A DNA stretch of 62,148 nucleotides from Deltaproteobacteria bacterium (GTDB lineage: Bacteria > Desulfobacterota > Desulfobacteria > Desulfobacterales > UBA11574). Location: the NCBI GenBank assembly GCA_019308685.1, contig JAFDHQ010000024.1, positions 1-62,148 of the forward strand, in the 5' to 3' direction. A program made the position numbers and the translations under genes. Shown one piece after another: positions 1 to 7,954 of the stretch (its first letter is position 1; each line of letters begins with the position of its first letter). The notes under the pieces are model-generated. The model ran no database searches. It was not told the origin of the DNA and worked only from the letters and a program-made list of their open reading frames with translations.

Positions 1-2
1 TT

Positions 3-206
3 ACCCTAAAGGCCTTTGTCATCACCATTCTAGGAGGTATGGGGAGTACGGTCGGTGCCATCGTGGGCGGCGTTGTGCTGGGCATTGCAGAATCCTTAGG
101 CGCGACATATATCGACATGGGATATAAAGAAATGGTCGGTTTTGTTATCTTTGTTCTGGTGCTGGTTTTCTTGCCCGGAGGTTTGAAGCGTCTGACCAGA
201 GTATAG
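3..206 (+). CDS. livH: branched-chain amino acid ABC transporter permease, C-terminal fragment (gene begins upstream of the window)
   Basis: Frame 3 is open from the window edge to TAG at 204-206. The translation ...[28 protein letters not shown]...FLPGGL matches a LivH-type C-terminus. livM/G/F follow directly. Confidence 0.8.
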   Translation, partial: TLKAFVITILGGMGSTVGAIVGGVVLGIAESLGATYIDMGYKEMVGFVIFVLVLVFLPGGLKRLTRV

Positions 207-214
207 AGGAAGCA

Positions 215-1180
215 ATGAAGAAAAATCATTTATTTTTAATAAGTTTGGGAATCCTTTTCTTAATTTTCCCTCTGGTTATCCATTCTCATTATTACCAGCA
301 TCTTGTCATTATTATCTTTATGTGGGTGGTTATCGGGTCTTCGTGGAACCTTCTGGCGGGATATACCGGCCAGGTTTCTTTCGGACATGCTATTTTTTTC
401 GGAGTTGGCGCCTATACGGCCGGAATATTTGCATCAAAACTGGGAATATCCGCCTGGTGGGGTATGGCCTTTGGCGGCATTTTTTCCATGCTGGTGGGGC
501 TTTTTGTTGGCTGGGTCTGTTTTAGATTGAGGGGCCCTTATTTTGCTCTGGCGACCCTTGCAGGCGGTGAAATTATCCGATTGATTGCCACCAACTGGGA
601 AAGCCTGACCGATGGGATGGTCGGCATTCTCATCATTCAGTCCTTTAAAAGCAAGCTGTCGTATTATTATATTGCCTTAGCTCTGGCTCTGGCGTGTATT
701 TATACAATCCGCATAATTATGAAATCCAAATGGGGGTATTATTTTGTCTCCATCCGGGAAGATGAGGATGCTGCGGCATCTCTCGGGATTAACACCACCC
801 TTTATAAAAATGTATCGCTTATGGTAAGCTCCTTTTTTACCGGCATGGCCGGAGCGTTTTATATGAATTATATGGCGTTTATAGATCCTGAGGTCGTATT
901 TTCTCTACATTATATTTCGATTATGGCAATTCTTGTGGGTATTGTGGGTGGTGTTGCCACCATTTGGGGCCCTGCGGTCGGAGCATTTGTTATGGTGGGG
1001 CTTCAAGAGACATTCAGAAGTTCTTTTTTCGGTCTGGCCCCCAAGTGGATCAGCCAGGCCCATGCCTTGGTATTTGGTCTCCTGGTTATATTTGTCATCA
1101 TGTTTCTGGCAAACGGCATTGTCGGAGACTGGCCCAAAATTAAACGAAATGTATTTAGAATAAAGCCATTGAGTTCATAG
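215..1180 (+). CDS. livM: branched-chain amino acid ABC transporter permease
   Basis: 321-aa polytopic membrane ORF containing the LivM-like motif LLAGYTGQVSFGHAIFFGVGAY. It sits between livH and livG. Confidence 0.85.
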   Translation: MKKNHLFLISLGILFLIFPLVIHSHYYQHLVIIIFMWVVIGSSWNLLAGYTGQVSFGHAIFFGVGAYTAGIFASKLGISAWWGMAFGGIFSMLVGLFVGWVCFRLRGPYFALATLAGGEIIRLIATNWESLTDGMVGILIIQSFKSKLSYYYIALALALACIYTIRIIMKSKWGYYFVSIREDEDAAASLGINTTLYKNVSLMVSSFFTGMAGAFYMNYMAFIDPEVVFSLHYISIMAILVGIVGGVATIWGPAVGAFVMVGLQETFRSSFFGLAPKWISQAHALVFGLLVIFVIMFLANGIVGDWPKIKRNVFRIKPLSS

Positions 1181-1197
1181 CAATCTGGAGAAAAATC

Positions 1198-1923
1198 ATG
1201 GCACTCCTTGAAATAAAAAAACTGACAAAAGCGTTTGGAGGACTCCTGGCGGTAAACAAGGTCTCCTTTCATGTGGGAAAGGGGGAAATTGTCGGACTTA
1301 TTGGCCCCAACGGCAGCGGAAAAACCACTACATTCAACTGTATCAATCAATTTTTCCCCATTACTTCCGGTGACGTTTTGTTCAATGGCAAAAGCATAAA
1401 AGGATTGAAAACTCATCAAATCTGTCATCTGGGTATCGGCCGAACATTCCAGGTTGTAAAACCCCTTGGCAGAATGACGGTTTTGGAGAATGTCACCGCA
1501 TCGGCCTTTTGCCGGGTGAATACCATCAAAGCGGCCCAGAAGGAAGCGTTAAAGGTTCTCGATTTCTGTAATCTCACAGAACAGAAAGATAAACTGGCAA
1601 AAAGCCTCCCCATCGCCGGAAGAAAACGCCTTGAAATTGCACGTGCACTTGCGACAAAACCGAAACTTTTGCTTCTTGATGAAACCGCCGCCGGTTTAAA
1701 TCCGGGAGAGCTTGATGAAGCCATCGAGCTGATTAAAAAAATCAGGGAAAACGATATCAGCATACTGATTGTAGAACATATCATGAAAGTCATCATGACC
1801 ATATCGGATCGAATTCACGCCATCAACTTCGGTCAGACCATTGCAGAGGGAACCCCTCAGGAGGTTGCCAATAACAAAGCGGTGATTGAGGCTTATTTGG
1901 GAGAAGCGCATGCTCAAGGTTAA
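1198..1923 (+). CDS. livG: branched-chain amino acid ABC transporter ATP-binding protein
   Basis: Walker A GPNGSGKTT, Walker B LLLLDETAAGL and the LivG-type C-terminus AVIEAYLG. An RBS-like GGAG lies upstream. Confidence 0.9.
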   Translation: MALLEIKKLTKAFGGLLAVNKVSFHVGKGEIVGLIGPNGSGKTTTFNCINQFFPITSGDVLFNGKSIKGLKTHQICHLGIGRTFQVVKPLGRMTVLENVTASAFCRVNTIKAAQKEALKVLDFCNLTEQKDKLAKSLPIAGRKRLEIARALATKPKLLLLDETAAGLNPGELDEAIELIKKIRENDISILIVEHIMKVIMTISDRIHAINFGQTIAEGTPQEVANNKAVIEAYLGEAHAQG

Positions 1924-2614
1924 CGGGATAAACGTGTTCTATGAAGATTTACAGGTCCTCTGGGAGGTTAGCTTTGAGGTCAAAGAAAAGGAAATCCTGG
2001 TTTTGGTCGGTGCCAATGGCGCTGGAAAATCAACCACACTTAAAACCATCTCCTCACTTCTGACGCCAAAGACCGGAACCATCGAGTTCAATGGTATTCG
2101 TCTGGATCAGTTGCCCCCCAACAAGATCATTGGACACGGCATTGTTCATGTTCCTGAAGGGAGACGCCTGTTCCCGGAGATGAGTGTCGAGGAAAACCTG
2201 ATCATGGGGTCACTTTATGGAGAAGCCAAGACCCAACGAAATGAAACCATAGAATATGTCTATTCCCTTTTCCCCAGACTTCAAGAAAGAAGAAAACAGA
2301 TGTCCGGCACCCTTTCAGGGGGTGAACAACAAATGTTGGCGGTCGGCCGGGGGCTCATGTCACGCCCCAAGTTGATGATGTTCGATGAACCCTCCCTGGG
2401 TCTGGCGCCCATCCTGGTACAGGATATCTTCGATTTGATAAAAAAGATCAACCAGGAAGGGGTCACTATTCTTCTGGTTGAGCAGAACGTCACCCAGACG
2501 TTGGCCATGTGTGATCGTGCCTATGTTCTTGAAAACGGGAGAAACGTGCTCCAAGGCACCGGTCAAGAATTGATGGCAAACGATCATGTCAAAGAAGTCT
2601 ATCTGGGGATATAG
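1910..2614 (+). CDS. livF: branched-chain amino acid ABC transporter ATP-binding protein
   Basis: Walker A GANGAGKST, signature LSGGEQQ and Walker B LMMFDEPSLGL. I prefer the ATG at 1910 (MLKVNG...), which overlaps the livG stop, over the ORF-track start at 1886. Confidence 0.88.
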   Translation: MLKVNGINVFYEDLQVLWEVSFEVKEKEILVLVGANGAGKSTTLKTISSLLTPKTGTIEFNGIRLDQLPPNKIIGHGIVHVPEGRRLFPEMSVEENLIMGSLYGEAKTQRNETIEYVYSLFPRLQERRKQMSGTLSGGEQQMLAVGRGLMSRPKLMMFDEPSLGLAPILVQDIFDLIKKINQEGVTILLVEQNVTQTLAMCDRAYVLENGRNVLQGTGQELMANDHVKEVYLGI

Positions 2615-2689
2615 AACTCATAACATTTCAATACTTCTTTACTTTTCCTAAAGATCGTGGATTGCCAATTAAAAGATGTACCAATTATT

Positions 2690-2844
2690 TTTGATGAACT
2701 CGTAAAAAGTCCGATTTAGACGGTTTCGTAAAAAGTTCAAATTCAAGGCGTGCAAATTTTGTAATCATGAGGCGTACTTGTCGTACGTTGAATGATTGCG
2801 AAATGCAGCACAACGCAGAAGTTGGACTTTTTACGAGACCGTCA
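2690..2844 (+). repeat. MITE-like palindromic intergenic element, family 1, copy 1
   Basis: About 155 bp bounded by 14-bp terminal inverted repeats: ctcgtaaaaagtcc (2699-2712) and ggactttttacgag (2824-2837). It is nearly identical, in inverted orientation, to 42564-42703. It ends 3-4 nt from the stop codon of the frameshifted acyl-CoA dehydrogenase. Confidence 0.75.
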
Positions 2845-2847
2845 TTT

Positions 2848-3986
2848 TTACCTGTCGGCTTTTCTGATTCCCAGCTGATCCAGGGCGATGATCCACTTGC
2901 AGATATTGGCCGATCCCTCCACCATTGTGTATGTCGGTGTATCTCGATATAAGCGTGCCACCGGATATTCTGTGGCATAACCGTATGCCCCCAGAATCCT
3001 CATGGCATAGTTGGCGCACTTGGTGCCTGTGCCACATCGAGGCCGTTATTCAGATTCCCCTGATCCTTGACCCAGGCCGCCTTGTAAACCAGCAACCGTG
3101 CCGCCTCAATTTCGGCGGACATCTGGGCAATCATATCCTGATTCATCTGGAACTCGCCGATGGGTTTGCCGAACTGTTTGCGCTCATTACAATATTTCAG
3201 CGATACGTCCAGACATGCCTGTGCAACCCCCACGGCGCCGGCGGCCGCGGAAAGCCGGGTCTGATTGAGGGATCCGAAAAGAATCCGTGCGCCGTCTCCG
3301 GGTTTTCCGATAATATTTTCTTTGGGTACCTTTGTATGGTTTAAGAATATCTCACCGGTGGGAGAGGAGTGCGACCCCATTTTCTCCAGAACCGAAGTCT
3401 TAACACCGTTAAAGTGTTTTGGCTCTATCACAAAAGCTGAAAGTCCCTTTGATCCTTTTTCCTTATCCGTATAAGCATAATAAATCACCACATCGGCCAC
3501 ATCTGCATTCGAGATCCAGGTCTTGGAGCCGTTTAACAGCCAGTGATCTCCACCGTCTTGAGCGAATGATGACATTGCCATCACGTCTGAGCCCGCATCG
3601 GGCTCGGTAATGGCAAATGCCCCGATACAATCGGCGTTGATCAGCTTGGGGATGTATTTTTTCATTAAGGCATCACTTCCATATTTATACAGGGTAAAAG
3701 CGGTACCCAGACCTTGCATATTGACCTGAACTCTGAGAGAGCTTGAAGCCTTTGCAATTTCTTCAGTTACGATCATTGCGGCCAGCCATCCCATGTCTTC
3801 TCCTCCGTAAGCTTCAGGAATAACGGTGCCGAAAAAGCCGAGTTTTCCCATGGGTTTGACGGCCTCCTTGTACGGGAAATAATGAGTTGCATCCCATTCA
3901 TCGGCAAAAGGCGCAATCTTTTTGGTTGCAAATTCACGAACCGAATTTCTTAACATCTGAAGTTCTTTAGACAAAGCAAAATCCAT
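2848..3986 (-). pseudogene. acyl-CoA dehydrogenase with a disrupted reading frame (a 1-nt shift near 3003-3046) or a sequencing error
   Basis: ORF 3000..3986 encodes a typical ACAD N-terminal and middle region (AFAITEPDAGSD...) but stops prematurely at ...DVAQAPSAPTMP*. The adjacent frame continues with a clean ACAD C-terminus, TKCANYAMRILGAYGYATEYPVARLYRDTPTYTMVEGSANICKWIIALDQLGIRKADR*, ending at TAA 2848-2850. Confidence 0.75.
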
Positions 3987-4098
3987 AGTAACACCTCCCG
4001 ATTCAAAACAGGGTTTCTTTGTAACTCATTAGGGGAAAAGAGTATTTAATAGCTATATATTAGGTTACATTAATAACCATATCAATACTTATATTGGA

Positions 4099-4168
4099 CA
4101 GAGATATACGCCGTCGATAAGCGTTCTCCCTGTATCGGGATTCAAATGCGTTTCCCGGCTACCTTGTC
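4099..4168 (+). repeat. intergenic repeat family 3, copy A
   Basis: The core acgccgtcgataagcgttctccctgtatcgggattcaaatgcgtttcccgg recurs at 27828-27890 (+) and 55236-55299 (-). This copy lies in the divergent ACAD/der intergenic region. Confidence 0.6.
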
Positions 4169-4309
4169 TTGAGATAATTGACATTTTTTCAATATACTTG
4201 TACTCTTAAATTTAAACAGTAATGGTTTGAAAACTCTATAATCTGATTCTTTCTTAAAAAAAAGAAAATGCAGGTTAAGGCTTTAGAAATTCCGAGACGC
4301 ACGACTGCC

Positions 4310-5629
4310 ATGAAACCGATTGTCGCCATAATAGGTCGTCCCAATGTAGGCAAATCGACTTTTTTTAACCGTGTCACCGGGACAAGGAAAGCCCTGGTGG
4401 ACGATTATCCCGGCGTAACAAGGGATCGCCATTATGGGGACGCGACCTGGGACGGCATTCGTTTTACACTGGTGGATACCGGCGGATTTTCGGATCAAGG
4501 TAAGGATGACTTTGCACACAAAATACGTTTCCAGATCATTCAGGCGATGGAAGACGCAGATGTTATTATTCTTCTTCTGGATGGAAAGCACGGAATTTCT
4601 CCTTTTGATGAAGATGTTGTCAAGATTCTTCGTGAATCAGAAAAGCCGGTTTTTTATGCGGTCAATAAAATTGACGGGATTGAACAGGAGGTGAAGCTTT
4701 ACGATTTTTATAGCCTGGGTATAGAGAAATTATATCCCATTTCAGCCGAGCACCGTTACGGCATATCGGGTTTTCTTGATGACCTGACATCGGTTCTGCC
4801 GAAAACAGTCACAGAAGAAACTGTGGATATGATCAAGCTGGCTGTGGTTGGCAAACCCAATGTGGGCAAATCATCGCTGATTAACCGAATTTTGGGTCAA
4901 AATCGCTTGCTTGTCAGCGATACTCCGGGTACAACTCGAGATGCCATCGACTCGGTGTGTCATATTAACGACACGTCGTATCTTCTCATTGATACCGCCG
5001 GTATCAGACGTAAGGCAAAGGTTTCAAAAAAGCTTGAAAAGTTTTCCATTATTAAAGCGTTAAGAAGCCTGGATCGATGTGATGTGGCGCTGATTGTCAT
5101 CGACGCCTATGAGGGGATTACCGAACAGGATATCACCGTCGCAGGTTATGCATTTGAGCGGGGATGTGGATGCATTTTTTTGTTGAATAAATGGGACCTT
5201 GTTGAAAAAGACAGCAAAACCGCTTTAAAATATTACGAACAATTAAGAATGCAGGCAAAATTTTTAAGTTTTTCTCCAATGATAACCATATCAGCGTTAA
5301 CCGGACAGCGCGTTTTAAAAATATTCGGTCTGGTGGATGAGGTATTCAACCAGTACTCGGCACGTATCGGGACAGGACCACTGAACAAGATATTTGAGCG
5401 AGCCACTGAAAAAACAGAGCCGTCTCTTTACAGAGGAAGGCGTATTAAATTTTTTTATGCCACCCAGGTATCTACCGCCCCCCCCACTTTTGTGTGTTTT
5501 GTAAATTATCCTGATGCCGTCCATTTTTCCTATAAGCGCTACCTGATTAACCAGATCAGGGAGAGAGCCGGGCTTGACAAGACGCCGATTCGAATAATCT
5601 TCCGTAAACGCACCGGTCGAAAAAAGTGA
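4310..5629 (+). CDS. der: ribosome-associated GTPase Der/EngA (tandem GTPase domains plus KH-like C-terminus)
   Basis: Two G domains with GRPNVGKST and [10 protein letters not shown]-loops, DTGG/DTAG and NKID/NKWD motifs. The start at 4310 ([16 protein letters not shown]) fits Der N-termini better than 4268. Confidence 0.92.
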   Translation: MKPIVAIIGRPNVGKSTFFNRVTGTRKALVDDYPGVTRDRHYGDATWDGIRFTLVDTGGFSDQGKDDFAHKIRFQIIQAMEDADVIILLLDGKHGISPFDEDVVKILRESEKPVFYAVNKIDGIEQEVKLYDFYSLGIEKLYPISAEHRYGISGFLDDLTSVLPKTVTEETVDMIKLAVVGKPNVGKSSLINRILGQNRLLVSDTPGTTRDAIDSVCHINDTSYLLIDTAGIRRKAKVSKKLEKFSIIKALRSLDRCDVALIVIDAYEGITEQDITVAGYAFERGCGCIFLLNKWDLVEKDSKTALKYYEQLRMQAKFLSFSPMITISALTGQRVLKIFGLVDEVFNQYSARIGTGPLNKIFERATEKTEPSLYRGRRIKFFYATQVSTAPPTFVCFVNYPDAVHFSYKRYLINQIRERAGLDKTPIRIIFRKRTGRKK

Positions 5630-5675
5630 TACTGGATTTTGGATGCTGGATACTTAAAACTTGATAGTATAAAAA

Positions 5676-5732
5676 TTTGCTTTTTTAAGCGGCGAAGCCG
5701 CGTTGCATAAAATCGCGAAGCGATTTTATTAA
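5676..5732 (+). repeat. intergenic hairpin repeat family 4, copy 1
   Basis: Two adjacent hairpins: gcggcGAAgccgc, and a perfect 10-bp stem ataaaatcgc-GAA-gcgattttat (5707-5729). About 55 nt aligns with 18533-18590. Confidence 0.6.
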
Positions 5733-5742
5733 AGGATGACCA

Positions 5743-7098
5743 TTGGACTTGTTTGAGTATCATGCGGAAAAATCAGCCCGGGCGTCACGGCCCCTTGCCG
5801 ATAGAATGCGTCCAAAAAATCTGGATGAATTTGTAGGGCAGGCGCATGCCGTGGGAAAAGGGACATTGATTTCTCATGCCATTGAACAAGACCGAATTTT
5901 TTCCATGATTCTCTGGGGTCCTCCGGGATGCGGAAAAACAACCCTTGCAAAAATATTTTCGGCTGAAACCCGTTGTCATTTTGTCCATTTTTCTGCGGTG
6001 CTGTCAGGTGTCAAGGATATTCGGGCGGTTATAGAGGACGCAAAAAACCAGCAAAAACTTTTTCGAAAAAGAACCGTTCTTTTTGTAGATGAGATACACA
6101 GATTCAACAAAATCCAGCAGGATGCATTTCTGCACCATGTGGAAAGCGGGCTGATTACTCTGATTGGCGCGACCACCGAAAACCCCTCATTTGAAGTTAT
6201 ATCACCGCTTATGTCCCGGTGCCGTTTGATAACCTTAAAAGCCCTTTCATCGGATGATATTGCCCTGATCATAGACAATGCCCTAAAAGATACTGAAAGG
6301 GGCTTGGGAAATATGAATCTGATTATGGAAAAAGATGCCCTTTCTCATCTTATTCGTTTTGCGGACGGAGATGCCCGTACGGCCCTGAACGGCCTTGAGA
6401 CCGTGGCGTATCTGGTAATATCTAAAATCGATGTTTCAAAAACAGAAAGCCCGTTACAAATAACCCTCCAGGTTTTAGAAAATGCTCTGGGGAAAAAGGC
6501 CCTATTGTACGACAAGTCCGGTGAAGAACACTTTAATCTTATATCCGCATTTCATAAAAGCTTAAGGGGGAGTGATCCGGATGCGGCGGTCTACTGGCTG
6601 GGGCGAATGCTCACCGCCGGCGAAGATCCGTTTTATATCGTGCGCCGAATGGTCCGATTTGCAAGTGAAGATATTGGAAATGCAGATCCCAATGCACTGG
6701 GAGTTGCATTGAACGCTATGGAGGCGTTTAAGTTCCTCGGGCATCCGGAAGGCGAACTTGCACTGGCCCAGGCCGCCATATATCTTTCGACGGCTCCGAA
6801 GAGCAACAGCATTTACAAAACTTACGGAAAGATCAAAGAGGCTGTTGACAGCCATGGAGCGTTGCCGGTGCCTCTTCATATCCGGAATGCTCCCACAGGA
6901 CTGATGAGAGAACTCGGGTATGGAAAAGATTACAAGTATGCCCATGATCATAAAAATGCATATATTCCCCAGGACTATTTGCCGGAGAAACTACAGGGCA
7001 GGCTTTTTTATGCGCCCACAGAGCGGGGGTATGAAAAGACAATTAAACAGCGCCTCGACGGATGGAAAAATTTGAAAAAACCTAACACAAAAACTTAA
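5743..7098 (+). CDS. rarA: replication-associated recombination protein A (AAA+ ATPase)
   Basis: Walker A GPPGCGKTT, Walker B VLFVDEIHRFNK and a MgsA-type C-terminal domain (YDxxGEEHFNLISAFHKSLRGSDPDAA). TTG start with AAAGGA 6 nt upstream. Confidence 0.9.
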   Translation: MDLFEYHAEKSARASRPLADRMRPKNLDEFVGQAHAVGKGTLISHAIEQDRIFSMILWGPPGCGKTTLAKIFSAETRCHFVHFSAVLSGVKDIRAVIEDAKNQQKLFRKRTVLFVDEIHRFNKIQQDAFLHHVESGLITLIGATTENPSFEVISPLMSRCRLITLKALSSDDIALIIDNALKDTERGLGNMNLIMEKDALSHLIRFADGDARTALNGLETVAYLVISKIDVSKTESPLQITLQVLENALGKKALLYDKSGEEHFNLISAFHKSLRGSDPDAAVYWLGRMLTAGEDPFYIVRRMVRFASEDIGNADPNALGVALNAMEAFKFLGHPEGELALAQAAIYLSTAPKSNSIYKTYGKIKEAVDSHGALPVPLHIRNAPTGLMRELGYGKDYKYAHDHKNAYIPQDYLPEKLQGRLFYAPTERGYEKTIKQRLDGWKNLKKPNTKT

Positions 7099-7123
7099 AC
7101 CAAAAAAATCCGCAAAAAAATAT

Positions 7124-7942
7124 TTATCGTACGAACTCAATATCTTTTTCAGGTACCCAGCATTTACGCGAATCGGATAATTCAATCTGATACCAGTTTC
7201 CCCTTTTTTCAATAAGGGTAAATTCCGTACCGGAATGAAGGGGCTCTTTGAAACTCGGTTCGTAGGTATCACTATTGCCCTTTCTGGCAATGACTGGGGA
7301 ACTAATAATCACTCCCGGGCGAATCCTGTTGAGATAGATACTCTCGCTGAAAAGTGATCCTGCAAAAAGTGTCGAAAAAAAGGCTGTAAAAACAAGAAAC
7401 CATACAAGAAATGATTTGTGAATAAACAGTCGCGCCATTGCAAGGAGCCACAACAAAATAAAAGAAAAGGTAAAGATGTAAACCCGGGTTCGGGTGGAAA
7501 AGTCATAATGCCAGAAAAAGAGCGTCTTTAAAATTTGAGTCTTCTGTTTTTCCTTGATACGATCCATACGGATTGACCGTGCATAGTCCAGGTTTTGTTT
7601 TAGATTGGGATCATTTGGAATATACCGCTGGGCACGGCGATAGTTGAGAATCGCACGTCCGATATCCTTTATACGAAAATAGATATTTCCGATATTGTAA
7701 AAGAGTTTACCGTTTCCGATCTTGCCCTCCTTTACAATTCGTTCATAACGCATAACGGATTTTTGATAAAGCGCCCGAGCACCAGCAGGGTCCTTTGCGG
7801 CAAGGGTATTGGCCTCACGAAACATTTGTTTGGCCTGGCTGTATAGATCTATAATCTTTTCCCTATCGAGCGTTTCACCGTAAGAGGGACTTGCCAGTAA
7901 GCAGATGATCAGCGTGAGTGTACTTATTCTTTTAATTATCAT
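7124..7942 (-). CDS. batE: BatE-like protein (signal peptide, TPR repeats, membrane helices, C-terminal SH3-like domain)
   Basis: The last gene of the Bat operon. It has an N-terminal signal sequence, TPR-like repeats (YNIGNIYFRIKDIGRAILNYRRAQ) and a C-terminal GNWYQIEL... SH3b-like segment. Confidence 0.6.
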   Translation of the reverse strand: MIIKRISTLTLIICLLASPSYGETLDREKIIDLYSQAKQMFREANTLAAKDPAGARALYQKSVMRYERIVKEGKIGNGKLFYNIGNIYFRIKDIGRAILNYRRAQRYIPNDPNLKQNLDYARSIRMDRIKEKQKTQILKTLFFWHYDFSTRTRVYIFTFSFILLWLLAMARLFIHKSFLVWFLVFTAFFSTLFAGSLFSESIYLNRIRPGVIISSPVIARKGNSDTYEPSFKEPLHSGTEFTLIEKRGNWYQIELSDSRKCWVPEKDIEFVR

Positions 7943-7954
7943 GCTCTGTATTTT

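Noticed and set aside
1886-1909. Upstream extensions of several ORF-track starts: 1886 (livF), 4268 (der), 19329 (oorD), 19618 (oorA), 20774 (oorB), 28002 (guaB), 56241 (yhaM-like), 57328 (tmk), 36393 (carD), 17141, 46520.
   Set aside because: Internal ATG codons with better-placed Shine-Dalgarno sequences give N-termini that match the family consensus. The extensions overlap upstream genes or lack an RBS.
2685-3344. ORFs 2685..2978, 2767..2952, 2831..3037 and 2925..3344.
   Set aside because: They are explained by the family-1 palindromic element and by the shifted C-terminal frame of the acyl-CoA dehydrogenase, so they are not independent genes.
4131-4150. tRNA-like T-loop similarity (gggattcaaatgcg) in the family-3 repeats.
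   Set aside because: No acceptor, D or anticodon arms can be drawn around it. The only convincing tRNA in the window is tRNA-Gln at 41140-41214.
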